From: a virus | IMG/VR virus record: IMGVR_UViG_3300047476_000982 | Span: 1-64,000 of that record | Direction: 5' to 3' (one strand) | Length of the DNA: 64,000 bases | Shown: one piece after another, positions 1-10,278 of the stretch | How positions within the stretch are numbered: the stretch's first letter is position 1 | How the letters are laid out: each line of letters opens with the position of its first letter | Notes under the pieces: model-generated | Seen by the model: the letters and a program-made list of their open reading frames with translations, nothing else | Databases searched by the model: none | What the model was told of the DNA's origin: nothing | Position numbers and translations under genes: made by a program

Positions 1-101
1 TTTGGATGGTAATAATCATTTGAAGTAACTACTTGAATAAATGCCTGATCAGACATTTCTAGACGACTCAACTGTTCTTTATCTTCAATAATGAAATACA
101 T
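1..101 (-). CDS. Partial CDS (N-terminus MYFIIEDKEQLSRLE...), runs off the left edge; function not assignable
   Basis: ATG at 99-101 on the minus strand; frame open to the window edge; AT-rich upstream region. Confidence 0.5.
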   Translation of the reverse strand, partial: MYFIIEDKEQLSRLEMSDQAFIQVVTSNDYYHP

Positions 102-155
102 AACCTGTTATTAACTACTAATATACAAAAAATATTTGTATATAAAATAATCTAT

Positions 156-791
156 TTACATAGTAGGTCTTGCAAATTTTGCATAGTCACCTGCAATAAA
201 TTCTACTATACCTAAAAAGTTTTTATTTGTAGATTCTACAAGTCTTTGATTCGTGTCTATAATACCTGGAATAACATTATATTGAGACTTTCTAGTATTT
301 CTTAAAGGACCAGTTAACTTCCAAAGTATTTTTGTTACTTGATATAATCTAATATCATAATCTGCAGTACCATTTACTATTGAATTATATTCTTCATCAG
401 ATATTTCTATTATATATCCGTTATCATTTTCTTTTTTAGTAAAATATCTAATTAGGTATCCTTTTGTATAATCATTTTCATTTGGTTGGGGAAAATAAGA
501 ATTAGGTTTTCCTTTAACTCTATTAATTTTTATATTAGTTTTTTGAGCTAATTCTTCTCTTTGTCTAATAGATAACCCTAAAGAATTTAATAGAACAGAT
601 GATTCTTGATTTATAAAGTTTCTTTTTAATGGAATACCTGGACCTAATTTTGGGCTCACTCCCGAAAAAGCTCTTCCATCATAAGTAAGATAATATTTAC
701 CATTATAAAAAGATCCATCAGGATTTAAAAATTCTGAAGGTTTTGAATTTAAATTGTTTATTACTTTAAATGAAGGATAGTATCTTAGCAC
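156..791 (-). CDS. Hypothetical protein at the distal end of the baseplate module
   Basis: 211-aa ORF starting 11 nt after the hub gene stop; no recognisable motif. Confidence 0.6.
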   Translation of the reverse strand: MLRYYPSFKVINNLNSKPSEFLNPDGSFYNGKYYLTYDGRAFSGVSPKLGPGIPLKRNFINQESSVLLNSLGLSIRQREELAQKTNIKINRVKGKPNSYFPQPNENDYTKGYLIRYFTKKENDNGYIIEISDEEYNSIVNGTADYDIRLYQVTKILWKLTGPLRNTRKSQYNVIPGIIDTNQRLVESTNKNFLGIVEFIAGDYAKFARPTM

Positions 792-802
792 TGTTTAATA
801 AT

Positions 803-3800
803 TTATATTTTATTATATCTAGAAATAGCACTATTAAATATAGCTAATTTTTGAGGAAATACTAAATTATACTTATCTGGATCTTGTTTTTGTAAATTAG
901 AATAAACCCAAGAATTTAAATATCTTTCCGTCCATAAATCACCAGTAGCCGCTGTAAAATTTTTAGCTTTTACTCTATTAGCCATAAATCTTAAAAAATC
1001 ATCATCATTAAGAAACTGGGCAAATTCTCTAAGTCTTCCGGATACATCAACTCTTTCAAATCTTCCAGCTATTACTTTTCCGGCATCACCCCATCTTCCA
1101 GAATCTGTTTGAACACCAGCATAATTATATCCTCCAGCAGATACAAACGCATCTCCTGATTTTGCAGCTTCAGCAAACAATATAGCAAATACAGCTTTTG
1201 CAGTATCTGCATCTGTAATAGATGCCAATTTAGTTTTTGCATCTTTATAAGATAGTTTAGTCGACGGTGGAATTTGTACTAAAGGTAACTCTGGATATGA
1301 ACTTTTAATTTCTCCACTTCCAACTGCAGGAGGAGTTTCTGGTCTGGTTTCTTTTTTAGCTTCTGAAACACTAGAACTATACTCAGCGATATCTTTTAAG
1401 AAAGTCATACTAGCTTTAACTGATGTATTCCATACATTATCAGATATACTATGATTTAATCCAACTACTAAAAATCCTACTTTATTAGTATAATCTTTTC
1501 CTAAACCTTGTGTTTCAACTCCTCTAATATTATATGTATATGGCATTAAAGTAGGAGGTAAAGTAAATGCTTGTCCCATATTTAATCCGCTTATTCCATC
1601 AGTTGTAAAATTTACTGATAGTGGAATCATTGCGGAGGCTCTGGTTGGAAAATCTTTATTTTTTACTTTAGCCATTTTTTCTATGTAGTAGTTAGTAGCT
1701 TGAGATACATTATCTTGAGAAGGAGTATCGCTACTATAATAATCTACTAAAGTACTATTAAATTGGGATGCCGCTGTTATTAAAGTATCTAAATCTTTTG
1801 ATGTATTACTACCTGATATTTCAGTTCTATTTGGAATATATCTATCTACATAAAAAGAATTTATATATCCTACGTTATCTCCATTTCTTGATAGTGTAGA
1901 TTTTGAATCTATAGTTGAATTAGCAGATATAGCAATTAAATTAGATAGTTTAGTACTAACATCAGTTTTAATTTCTAAAGATTTTGCTATAGTATTTTTA
2001 CCAAATAAAGGTAGAGTTAAACTTGCCGCGGCATTACTTTGAGGCTTAGGAGATATAGTTTCTTCTTTAGGTGGCGGTACTAATTGATCATCAACAATTT
2101 GATATGTATTTGCAGTATCATTAAAACTTAATCTAAAAATATTAAAGTTTCCTGTGTACTTATTTATATCATCTAATATTGTATCTAAAAATGGTTTTAA
2201 GTAAACATTATTAGTTTCATCCTTAGTGCTAAATTCTTTTACTAAATTTGTAACATAATCTATATTTAAAAGAATGTGCATAATCTTTCCTCTATATGCT
2301 GATGGATTGCTTATAGAAAGATTTCTTTCATATCTAAAAGGTAAAATAAATCCTGATATAGTATCGTCACCTGAAACTGATTTAAAGATAGGTTGTTTTT
2401 GTTTATTATCTTTTGTTGGTTTTATATAAAATTTATCTTGTATTACTTTTTCATCAAATAATTCTATATAATCTTCAGGACCTCCTTCAGCTGCTATTAA
2501 TACTTTCCAAGGATTAGTAGATAATTGTTTTTTATTTGAAAGGCAAAAATTATGATTTGGATTAAAATCTACATAAACTAAAGGTCTTTGATCAGAAAAA
2601 TCTTTTTTAGAATCATATATAGAACATGAGTGATTTAATAACATCAATAATAATCCAAAAGGTATATAAACAGGATGGTTTGTTTGTGTTCCTTTAATTA
2701 TTTCTTGACTCATTTTATAAGGTACTACATACGCTCTTAATAAATCTTGATAAAATACAGGTTGTAATAAGTCTAAATCTTCTGTGGTAGATATTTTATT
2801 TTTCATTATTGCACAAGCAAATCCATAAATTGCTTGTACTATTAATCTATCTTGTGTGCTTGGATTATCATTTGAAAGATAATTTACTAAAGCCTTATTT
2901 AAAATACTACTTGGGTCAGTTAATTTTTTTTGATCAGATAATTCTTTAATAATCCCAGAAAATATACCGTTACTAAATATTTGTTCTAAAAATCCTAAAT
3001 TTTGAGTTTCAAATAATTTAAGTTCGTAGGTGTTATTAACATCAAGACTAATAGCATTTTTTCCTATTGCACTATTTAATGTTTTTAATTGTATACTTTT
3101 TAAAGCTAATTCTAAAAATGATTGAGATGCTATAGCTTGATCTATTTGTTCAGGAGTTAATGATGGATCAGCAGGCGGAGGAGGTGGCTGATTTTGTGTT
3201 TGATTTTGCGCTACAATTGTTTTTTGTTTATTTACATAATCGTCTGGTTGTTTTACAGTATCGTCTGTTTTTACATCTGTTATAAGATAAGAATCATTAA
3301 ACTCTATTGTAATAGGTAGAATAAATTTAATTTTTAATGATTTATCTTCAAAGGGAGTGTTTCCAGTCAGACCCTTTCCTAGATAATCTACTGTAACATC
3401 TTTTTCAAAACCAAGATTTACTTTAAAACTTCCGATTGCAGGATCAGTTATCCCATCGTAACCCACTCTAAAACTATTAGCTCTTGAAAATGCATATAGA
3501 TTATCAGGATTACTAAAAACAGATTTTAATTTATTAACAATTTCAGTTAAAGAAAATGTTGGATCTTCTTTATAACTTGTTATTGATACTATTTGTTTTT
3601 CATCTAAATATTTTTGCTCAGGTGAAGCACCTGCATATTCTATTTTTATTGTATAATTTAATTTATTTACACTAGAAACATAATTAAATATTATATAATT
3701 TCTATTAGCACCAAAAGGAACAAAAATATCATTCCAATTTTTTTGATTTAATATATAATTTTCAAAATTAGGAGTTATTCCAAAAAACCTATCTTTAGTT

Positions 3801-5029
3801 GTTTTTATTGTAGTTTTAAATTGTGAATCATCAAAATATAAAAATGCTTTTAAATCTCTTAAAGCTAAAACATTTGTAAAACTTGTACCAGCTTTGTCAG
3901 TTTGAAGAGATATTAATAGGTTTGCATTTGCATCAGTTTTCGTTTTATTGGATTGATAATATTTACCTTGAATTGTTTTTTTAGTTTCTGCCTCTTTTAA
4001 ATAATTATCAAATGTTGCTGGGGGTGGCGTTTGCACTCCTGCGTCGTTTACTCCGCCTGTGTTATTTATTCCTTGTTGTACTTGACTTAATATTCTTCTA
4101 GCAGCCGCCTCTTCTGCTGCTTTTGCTGCAGCTAGTTTTGCTTTTTCTATTCTAACTAAAGTATCTGTATAAAGTTTTAATTCTTCTTTTAATAAACCAG
4201 GTAATAATCCAGCATTATTTATTTTTATTGTATCTCCTAATACGCCCAAACTCATTAATTTTATTGTGCAATCAAATCCACCAGATTGATTATAAGTAAA
4301 ATTAAAATTAGTAACTAGTCCTAGCATAGCATCATAGTTACCTTCTGAATTTCTATTATTTTTTGCTATTTGCTCTAGTATTCTTTCTTTAGTTACATTT
4401 TCAGCAAATGGGTCTATAAAATAATCTTCAGAATGATAAAGTTTATCATCTCCTGCTTTAAAATATGTAGTATGCCCCCATTCTAACAACATAGTAAATC
4501 CCAACTTAAAATAAAGAGCATCTATTATATCTAATTGATCTTTATCCCAACATTTAAAATTTATTGTTGCAGACCTAACTGAACCTAATCTACCTTGAGT
4601 TTCTATAGAAGCATCACTAATACCTGGCATTGGAGTATAGCCATATTTTTTTACTTCTTCATTTCCTAAAATTCCATACGCTTTATCTGGACCTATTCCG
4701 GCTCTTAATTGCTGGATAATTTTATTATCTTGTTTTTTATATTTAGAAGTTCCTCCAAATAAAATATACTCTTTTGCTAAATCTTCTGGATTTGATATTG
4801 AAACAGGTATTCCTTTTTCTGCTGAACTAAAAAATTTCATATCAGACTCACTCAAATTTATAGAAGATACTAATCTAACCCAAGCAGTCTTATTTGCTAT
4901 ATACAATAACTCATTAGTAGTTCTAGAAGTAGATGAAGATTTATTAGATCTTTCTTCTAGTTGATTAAATACCCATACAGGAATTCTAGTTCCTATTATA
5001 TTTGTTATCTTATTATCTAATCCAGCCAT
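803..5029 (-). CDS. Baseplate hub / tail-associated cell-wall hydrolase (gp27/gp5-like position) with a lysozyme-like C-terminal domain
   Basis: 1408 aa; follows the LysM wedge gene; Pro-rich linkers; C-terminal ILFAEA...YNYAGVQTD resembles the GH73/FlgJ catalytic region. Confidence 0.5.
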   Translation of the reverse strand: MAGLDNKITNIIGTRIPVWVFNQLEERSNKSSSTSRTTNELLYIANKTAWVRLVSSINLSESDMKFFSSAEKGIPVSISNPEDLAKEYILFGGTSKYKKQDNKIIQQLRAGIGPDKAYGILGNEEVKKYGYTPMPGISDASIETQGRLGSVRSATINFKCWDKDQLDIIDALYFKLGFTMLLEWGHTTYFKAGDDKLYHSEDYFIDPFAENVTKERILEQIAKNNRNSEGNYDAMLGLVTNFNFTYNQSGGFDCTIKLMSLGVLGDTIKINNAGLLPGLLKEELKLYTDTLVRIEKAKLAAAKAAEEAAARRILSQVQQGINNTGGVNDAGVQTPPPATFDNYLKEAETKKTIQGKYYQSNKTKTDANANLLISLQTDKAGTSFTNVLALRDLKAFLYFDDSQFKTTIKTTKDRFFGITPNFENYILNQKNWNDIFVPFGANRNYIIFNYVSSVNKLNYTIKIEYAGASPEQKYLDEKQIVSITSYKEDPTFSLTEIVNKLKSVFSNPDNLYAFSRANSFRVGYDGITDPAIGSFKVNLGFEKDVTVDYLGKGLTGNTPFEDKSLKIKFILPITIEFNDSYLITDVKTDDTVKQPDDYVNKQKTIVAQNQTQNQPPPPPADPSLTPEQIDQAIASQSFLELALKSIQLKTLNSAIGKNAISLDVNNTYELKLFETQNLGFLEQIFSNGIFSGIIKELSDQKKLTDPSSILNKALVNYLSNDNPSTQDRLIVQAIYGFACAIMKNKISTTEDLDLLQPVFYQDLLRAYVVPYKMSQEIIKGTQTNHPVYIPFGLLLMLLNHSCSIYDSKKDFSDQRPLVYVDFNPNHNFCLSNKKQLSTNPWKVLIAAEGGPEDYIELFDEKVIQDKFYIKPTKDNKQKQPIFKSVSGDDTISGFILPFRYERNLSISNPSAYRGKIMHILLNIDYVTNLVKEFSTKDETNNVYLKPFLDTILDDINKYTGNFNIFRLSFNDTANTYQIVDDQLVPPPKEETISPKPQSNAAASLTLPLFGKNTIAKSLEIKTDVSTKLSNLIAISANSTIDSKSTLSRNGDNVGYINSFYVDRYIPNRTEISGSNTSKDLDTLITAASQFNSTLVDYYSSDTPSQDNVSQATNYYIEKMAKVKNKDFPTRASAMIPLSVNFTTDGISGLNMGQAFTLPPTLMPYTYNIRGVETQGLGKDYTNKVGFLVVGLNHSISDNVWNTSVKASMTFLKDIAEYSSSVSEAKKETRPETPPAVGSGEIKSSYPELPLVQIPPSTKLSYKDAKTKLASITDADTAKAVFAILFAEAAKSGDAFVSAGGYNYAGVQTDSGRWGDAGKVIAGRFERVDVSGRLREFAQFLNDDDFLRFMANRVKAKNFTAATGDLWTERYLNSWVYSNLQKQDPDKYNLVFPQKLAIFNSAISRYNKI

Positions 5030-5031
5030 AA

Positions 5032-5334
5032 CTATCTATTAATATTTGCAGACTTATATTCGTTTATTACTCCAGGTACATTTGATGGAATTCTTATTTG
5101 TGCTCCAGGTTCTAAGTATAGTGAATCTCCTGGAAGCGAATTTGCTGATGCTATTATCCACCAAAGACTTTCATCACCATAAAAATTAAAAGCTAAAAGA
5201 TCTAATCTATCTCCTAAAACTGTTATAACATATAAATCAGTTTGAGATGCTGGTATATCAGGATAAATATTATTTCTATAATATCTTTCTCCTGTATTAT
5301 CTTTGGTTTCTAATATGTTTTCGTATCTATACAT
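5032..5334 (-). CDS. LysM-fold baseplate wedge protein (T4 gp53 / P2 gpX-like)
   Basis: GDRLDLLAFNFYGDESLWWIIASAN...GAQIRIP LysM pattern; position after tape measure and tube initiator. Confidence 0.75.
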   Translation of the reverse strand: MYRYENILETKDNTGERYYRNNIYPDIPASQTDLYVITVLGDRLDLLAFNFYGDESLWWIIASANSLPGDSLYLEPGAQIRIPSNVPGVINEYKSANINR

Positions 5335-5340
5335 CTTTAA

Positions 5341-7155
5341 TTAAAAAATTCTTGGATCTACTGGTGGTATGTTGTTTATAAAATCTTTGGTTACTTTCTT
5401 TTGCTCTCTATTATCTTTTCTTTCATTTCTGTTATTAAATCTCTGAATTTGTCTTTCTTGTCTTCTATTTTGTCTAGCTATTTTATTATCTGACCTTGTT
5501 TGTCCACTAGGCAATACTTCTCCCTCGGCTTCAGGTAATGATGTATATTCATTTTGTGTTGGAGTATTAATATAGTTTGTTACTTTATTAGGCCTACCAA
5601 TTATAGTAGCATTTCTACTTGGAAGTTCATTTAATATAGGTTTAAATGTAATATTAACATCAACAACTTGAGGAAGTTGTGCTAAATCTTTTCTTAAATT
5701 AATTTCCCAAGGATAATTATTGTCTACTGTAATATTTACATTTTCTAAAAAACCTGGCATTCTGTATAAATAATCTCCTATTGTAACTTTTACTAATGGA
5801 GCTCTCATAACTCCTGCGGCACTATAATCAGGATATACTTGTTGTACTAAAGCATTTAATTTTTCATGCATATAAGGTAATTCAGAAGGCGATTGTGCCA
5901 CTATTCTAAAACCAAAACTTATATTTCTATCAAATCCTTGATATGTATAAAAATTTTCACCTCTACCTGCGTATCTAAAAGTATTTAAATTAGCAGAGTT
6001 ATTGTCTGTTATTCCTGCTGTTAAAAAAGCTCTAAAAAATAACGCAGTTGATTTAGTAGGGTCATCATTAGATATTGCTTCAAAAACAAATTTAATTATA
6101 TCAGTTGTAGATGCATCTGAATTACTTGTATCATCCCATGGGTTATTATCACTATTAAATTCAAAAGGAGACGACATTCGTGTTGTATATTTAAAATCAC
6201 TTAACATACTGTCTTCTCTCCAACTTTTACCGGTTGTTCCTAACCTAAAATCTTGTATTTTTGTACCAACAGTTCCGTCTACTCTTTTATTTAAATTTTG
6301 AGCAAATAATTGATCATAACCCATAGCAGTTATAGAACCTAATGAATTTTTATATTGTAATTTAGTAGTATCTACGACTCTTTTTACTGTTGTATTTCCT
6401 ACTCCGTAAACTGAACCAGGACCACCTAAATATTGAAATAATATATTTTTATTGAGAGATATTCCTAATGCATTTATTCTTTCTGCACTAGCAAATCCTT
6501 GTGAACTTACTATGGGATTAGTAGATTGATTTAATTTAAGTCTAGAAAGAATAACTAATCTATTTACATTAGTTGCTGCTGCATCACCTTCTATATTTTG
6601 TTGATTTACTGTAGCGTAGTAATTTTTTTGAAAAGGATTAAAAGGTACTGTACCATGCCTAATAGCATGGGCGCCAGAACCCATCGCTCCTACTTGAGCA
6701 AGGGTATTTAATCCCTTATTATAAACCCTTGTATTTTCTAATAATCCAGGTAAAGGAACATCTTGACCTATTCCAAATAGAGTGTTTGCCGTCTCCATTT
6801 TTGGATTAGACAATTGAAGACCTATTTGTTTTTGTATAAAAGACTTTCCTTCAGCAGATTCAAAAAATCTTTTTATTCTAATTTGATCTACTTGACTAGA
6901 TATAGTATATGTTTGAAGTCCTATATTAAAATCAGCATTTCCTCCGCGAATAGGATAATCATAATTGCCTGTAGTTCCTGGCCTATATATTGGAAGAAAC
7001 TCTCCTCTTAAACCTTGAACTGCTGGATTCCTAACAATTAAAGGATCTTTTGGAATGCCAACTTGTATAAATGGAAGACCTGACGATCCATATCCAGGTT
7101 GGTCGTTTCCGAATTTTATATTCTTAAGGTTAGTTTTTAAATCTATTAATGGCAT
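5341..7155 (-). CDS. Baseplate / tail-tube initiator protein (gp48/gp54-like C-terminal domain)
   Basis: 604 aa; YAGRGENFYTYQGFDRNISFGF and PLVKVTIGDYLYRMPGFLENVNIT tube-like motifs; directly downstream of the tape measure gene. Confidence 0.5.
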   Translation of the reverse strand: MPLIDLKTNLKNIKFGNDQPGYGSSGLPFIQVGIPKDPLIVRNPAVQGLRGEFLPIYRPGTTGNYDYPIRGGNADFNIGLQTYTISSQVDQIRIKRFFESAEGKSFIQKQIGLQLSNPKMETANTLFGIGQDVPLPGLLENTRVYNKGLNTLAQVGAMGSGAHAIRHGTVPFNPFQKNYYATVNQQNIEGDAAATNVNRLVILSRLKLNQSTNPIVSSQGFASAERINALGISLNKNILFQYLGGPGSVYGVGNTTVKRVVDTTKLQYKNSLGSITAMGYDQLFAQNLNKRVDGTVGTKIQDFRLGTTGKSWREDSMLSDFKYTTRMSSPFEFNSDNNPWDDTSNSDASTTDIIKFVFEAISNDDPTKSTALFFRAFLTAGITDNNSANLNTFRYAGRGENFYTYQGFDRNISFGFRIVAQSPSELPYMHEKLNALVQQVYPDYSAAGVMRAPLVKVTIGDYLYRMPGFLENVNITVDNNYPWEINLRKDLAQLPQVVDVNITFKPILNELPSRNATIIGRPNKVTNYINTPTQNEYTSLPEAEGEVLPSGQTRSDNKIARQNRRQERQIQRFNNRNERKDNREQKKVTKDFINNIPPVDPRIF

Positions 7156-9903
7156 TTAATTATTTTTAAATTGTCCACCTTGACTTTCATAATATTCTTT
7201 AGTCACTTGTCTTTCCATTTTATTTCCTGTAATAGGATCAACTTGTAGAATATAATATTTAGGATCAGGCATTCTACCTTCGTTTATTTTACGAGACTCA
7301 TTATTTTTTATAACTTCTGCTTCTTTATTTACAGGTTCTATTCCTGCTTCAGGTGTTGGTATCTCACCTCCACCGCCGCCACTCATTCCACCGCCGCCGC
7401 TAACACCAGACATTGCTAATTTAGACATGAAGTATGATAATACGGCGCCTCCTGCTAATAAAGCTAGAGGACCGGCAAAAGATGCAGCAGAAGCTGCAGC
7501 TCCAATTATTCTTGTTCTTGCTAAACCAGTTTCTGCTACTTGTTGTACTTGAGTTTTAGTTAAGCCAATAGTAGACTCTATGTTTTGTGCTTTTTTTACT
7601 AATACAATACCTCTGTTACTAACTAATCTTCTAGCATCAGATTTTTCTTGCATCATTTGAGTAGCCAATAATTGATTAGTTACTAATCTAGATTGAATCT
7701 CTGTAGCTAACATTGCTTTTCTTTGCAAACTCATTCCTATACTAACCCCAGCAATACCACCTATTATTGTAGCTATAGCTGAAAAAGTTTGTTTTAGTTT
7801 TTCTGTATCACTTAAAAAATTTGCAATACTTTCTATTAAAGGTAAGAATCTTGATGTAGCTTCTCCTATCGCATCTTTAATTCTTTCCATAGTAGCAGCC
7901 ATCTTATCTTGAACGGATGCTGATAATGCATCTGAAGCTGCTCTATCACCTATTAATTGCGATATTTCATCATGTGTTTTACCTTGTTTTAATAATAAGT
8001 CATATTGTGTTTTACTTGAAGCACCTGCTTCAGCTCCTAATACAGCTATTAATTGTTGTTTTTTATACATTTCATCAACAGCCTCTTTACTCATTCCCAT
8101 AGCCTCTGCTAAAGACTGTTGTTGTATAACATTCATTTTATTCCACTCTGCTTGAGATCCTAGTTGAGAAGTAATTTCTTCCATCAACTGCTCTGTACTT
8201 CCTGTTAAAGCTAGCTGTCTTGCTCTTGCTAAGTTTATATTTTTTCCTGTTAATAATTGAGCTTCAAATTCTTTACTTATACTAGATTCAAAATCTAATA
8301 ACTGATAACCTGCTTGTTGAACTTGATCTAATGACAAACCTAATTTAGTAGCTTTTACTACTGCCTCTCCTATTTTCTGTACATTGCCTTTAAAATTATT
8401 AAATATAGTAGCAGAAACTTTATTAATTGATTCCATGATCTGTTTTTCAGTCATAGCAATTTTTAATCTAGCTCCTTGTGCTTTTGCACTTCCTATAATA
8501 GAAGAATATCCTTGTGCTAAAGATTTTCCTGTAGCTACTGAGTAGAATTGAAAAGCCTGCATTTCTTCTGCAGTTGCTCCGATTCTTCTCTGTATACCTG
8601 TTGTAGTTGTTAAAAACTCAGCATTTCTTGGACCCATAACACCTAAAGTATTATTTACTTCAGCGTATGTAGCTACTAACTGTCTAGCTGTCATAGCTAG
8701 TTGTCCATTAGATGCGGCGATGCCTTGAAAGTTTTTAAATAATCTTGTTGATTCTGTTACATTTAAGCCCAGGTCTTTTCCAGCTTGGAACATTTTAGCT
8801 TGATATCCAACAGCTGAATCATATATGAACTTTAATCCTTTTATGATTCCTGTAATAATTGTAGTTGGATCTGTTAATGCATCACCTATGGCTTCAAAAG
8901 TAGCTTTTACTCCTATACCTAATATTTTCAATCTACTAGCTCCATCTTGTGCAGCTAATTGCATTTTTTGAGTAACAGCAGCTAAGTTCATAAAAGAACC
9001 TATTCCTAACTTATTTAATAGTCCATAACTACCTTTTATTAGGTTTCCAGTTATGCCCATTCTTTTAGCTATTAAAGCTTCTTGTGCTTGTCTAACTTTT
9101 AAAGCATTATTAGTTTTTTCATTAAGCTCTAAAGATTCTTGTAAAGCCATTATCATGGCTTCTTCAGTACTAAGAGATTCTTTTTTACTTTCAATCTCTC
9201 CTTGTACAATACTTAATTTTTTCTCTCCTTCTCTAACATATTTTTGTAGACTTAGATAACTATTTTCTTCTTGAGTAAATGATTCTTGTTGTAGTTTTAT
9301 TTGATTTTTTAAAACCTCTAAACTTCTTTCAGAATTTTTAATTTCCTCTTGCTTTTTCTTTAATTGCTTACCTCCTAATTCTAAGCTTTGATTCCTCAAT
9401 ATATTTAATTGAGTTTCAATTTCATTTTCCTTAATTATAGTTTTTTGTAGCTCTTCTTTTTTTCTTTGAACTATGTTTATTAATTCAACATCTTTATTTT
9501 CTACTTCTAATAATTGCTGTTTTAAAACATTTAATTCTCCTTGAGCTTGTTTTTCTCTAATTAAAGAACTTTGAATAGAGTCTCTTTTTTCTTTTACTGC
9601 TGATAATAAATCAACGCCTCTTTGTTGACCGTCTGCTTGTATTTTTCCTAATTGAGCTTCAATTTTAACTCTTTCTCTAAGGTTTTTATATATGTCTAGC
9701 TCTAATTCTTTAACGTCTTTTCCTAACTCTTCACTAGCTTTAATTTTTGCATTAATATCATCATGCGCCTTTATTACTTTTTCTAAGTTTTTAAGACGCT
9801 CCTTTAATTGGCCATTTATATCCCCTTCGTTTTTAAGGACTTCTTTGCCGGCTTGCAGTATCTCTCTTGAAGAGTCTGGGGTATTTTGTGGAGTTTCAGC
9901 CAT
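7156..9903 (-). CDS. Tape measure protein
   Basis: 915 aa, helical, A/Q/K/E-rich coiled coil with hydrophobic segments near the C-terminus; canonical position after the chaperone and before the baseplate genes. Confidence 0.75.
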   Translation of the reverse strand: MAETPQNTPDSSREILQAGKEVLKNEGDINGQLKERLKNLEKVIKAHDDINAKIKASEELGKDVKELELDIYKNLRERVKIEAQLGKIQADGQQRGVDLLSAVKEKRDSIQSSLIREKQAQGELNVLKQQLLEVENKDVELINIVQRKKEELQKTIIKENEIETQLNILRNQSLELGGKQLKKKQEEIKNSERSLEVLKNQIKLQQESFTQEENSYLSLQKYVREGEKKLSIVQGEIESKKESLSTEEAMIMALQESLELNEKTNNALKVRQAQEALIAKRMGITGNLIKGSYGLLNKLGIGSFMNLAAVTQKMQLAAQDGASRLKILGIGVKATFEAIGDALTDPTTIITGIIKGLKFIYDSAVGYQAKMFQAGKDLGLNVTESTRLFKNFQGIAASNGQLAMTARQLVATYAEVNNTLGVMGPRNAEFLTTTTGIQRRIGATAEEMQAFQFYSVATGKSLAQGYSSIIGSAKAQGARLKIAMTEKQIMESINKVSATIFNNFKGNVQKIGEAVVKATKLGLSLDQVQQAGYQLLDFESSISKEFEAQLLTGKNINLARARQLALTGSTEQLMEEITSQLGSQAEWNKMNVIQQQSLAEAMGMSKEAVDEMYKKQQLIAVLGAEAGASSKTQYDLLLKQGKTHDEISQLIGDRAASDALSASVQDKMAATMERIKDAIGEATSRFLPLIESIANFLSDTEKLKQTFSAIATIIGGIAGVSIGMSLQRKAMLATEIQSRLVTNQLLATQMMQEKSDARRLVSNRGIVLVKKAQNIESTIGLTKTQVQQVAETGLARTRIIGAAASAASFAGPLALLAGGAVLSYFMSKLAMSGVSGGGGMSGGGGGEIPTPEAGIEPVNKEAEVIKNNESRKINEGRMPDPKYYILQVDPITGNKMERQVTKEYYESQGGQFKNN

Positions 9904-9922
9904 TAAAGTACTTGCTTTTTAT

Positions 9923-9930
9923 ATAAATAT
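9923..9930 (-). promoter_or_regulatory. ATATTTAT motif (putative late promoter) before the tape measure gene
   Basis: Exact motif ~20 nt upstream of the ATG at 9903. Confidence 0.55.
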
Positions 9931-9939
9931 TATAAATGG

Positions 9940-10278
9940 CTATTTTTTAGGTTTTTTAACCGTAGTTACAAAGTCAGGGACATTAACTTTTGGGAGTTTT
10001 TTAGCGCTTTCAGGAATTTTTGAATTCGCGGTTATTTTTTCTTGACCAGAACTTTTTTCAAATTCTTGTTTTTCTTTGGCATAAAATTCATTTATAGAAG
10101 TATAAATATATTTTCTTAACCAAATAGGCATGCTATAGACATCCCAAAAAGTATATCCACCTTTTCCAAAAAATACAATTTCGTGTATTTGACTAAATAA
10201 ATTAGTCCTATAATCAGAGTTTAGGGTAAAAAAAGGAAACGTCAATCGGCAATGATACGCCCTCCTCAACGTATCCAT
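9940..10278 (-). CDS. Tail assembly chaperone C-terminal extension (lambda gpT-like), probably reached by frameshift at 10228-10234
   Basis: Overlaps the 3' end of the gp26-like gene; a T7 run precedes the upstream stop; lies immediately before the tape measure gene. The listed ATG at 10278 is doubtful. Confidence 0.55.
   Translation of the reverse strand: MDTLRRAYHCRLTFPFFTLNSDYRTNLFSQIHEIVFFGKGGYTFWDVYSMPIWLRKYIYTSINEFYAKEKQEFEKSSGQEKITANSKIPESAKKLPKVNVPDFVTTVKKPKK

Noticed and set aside
10235-10278. Independent start MDTLRR for the 9940-10278 ORF
   Set aside because: It lies inside the gp26-like coding region with no initiation context; the frameshift model explains the frame better, though this is unproven
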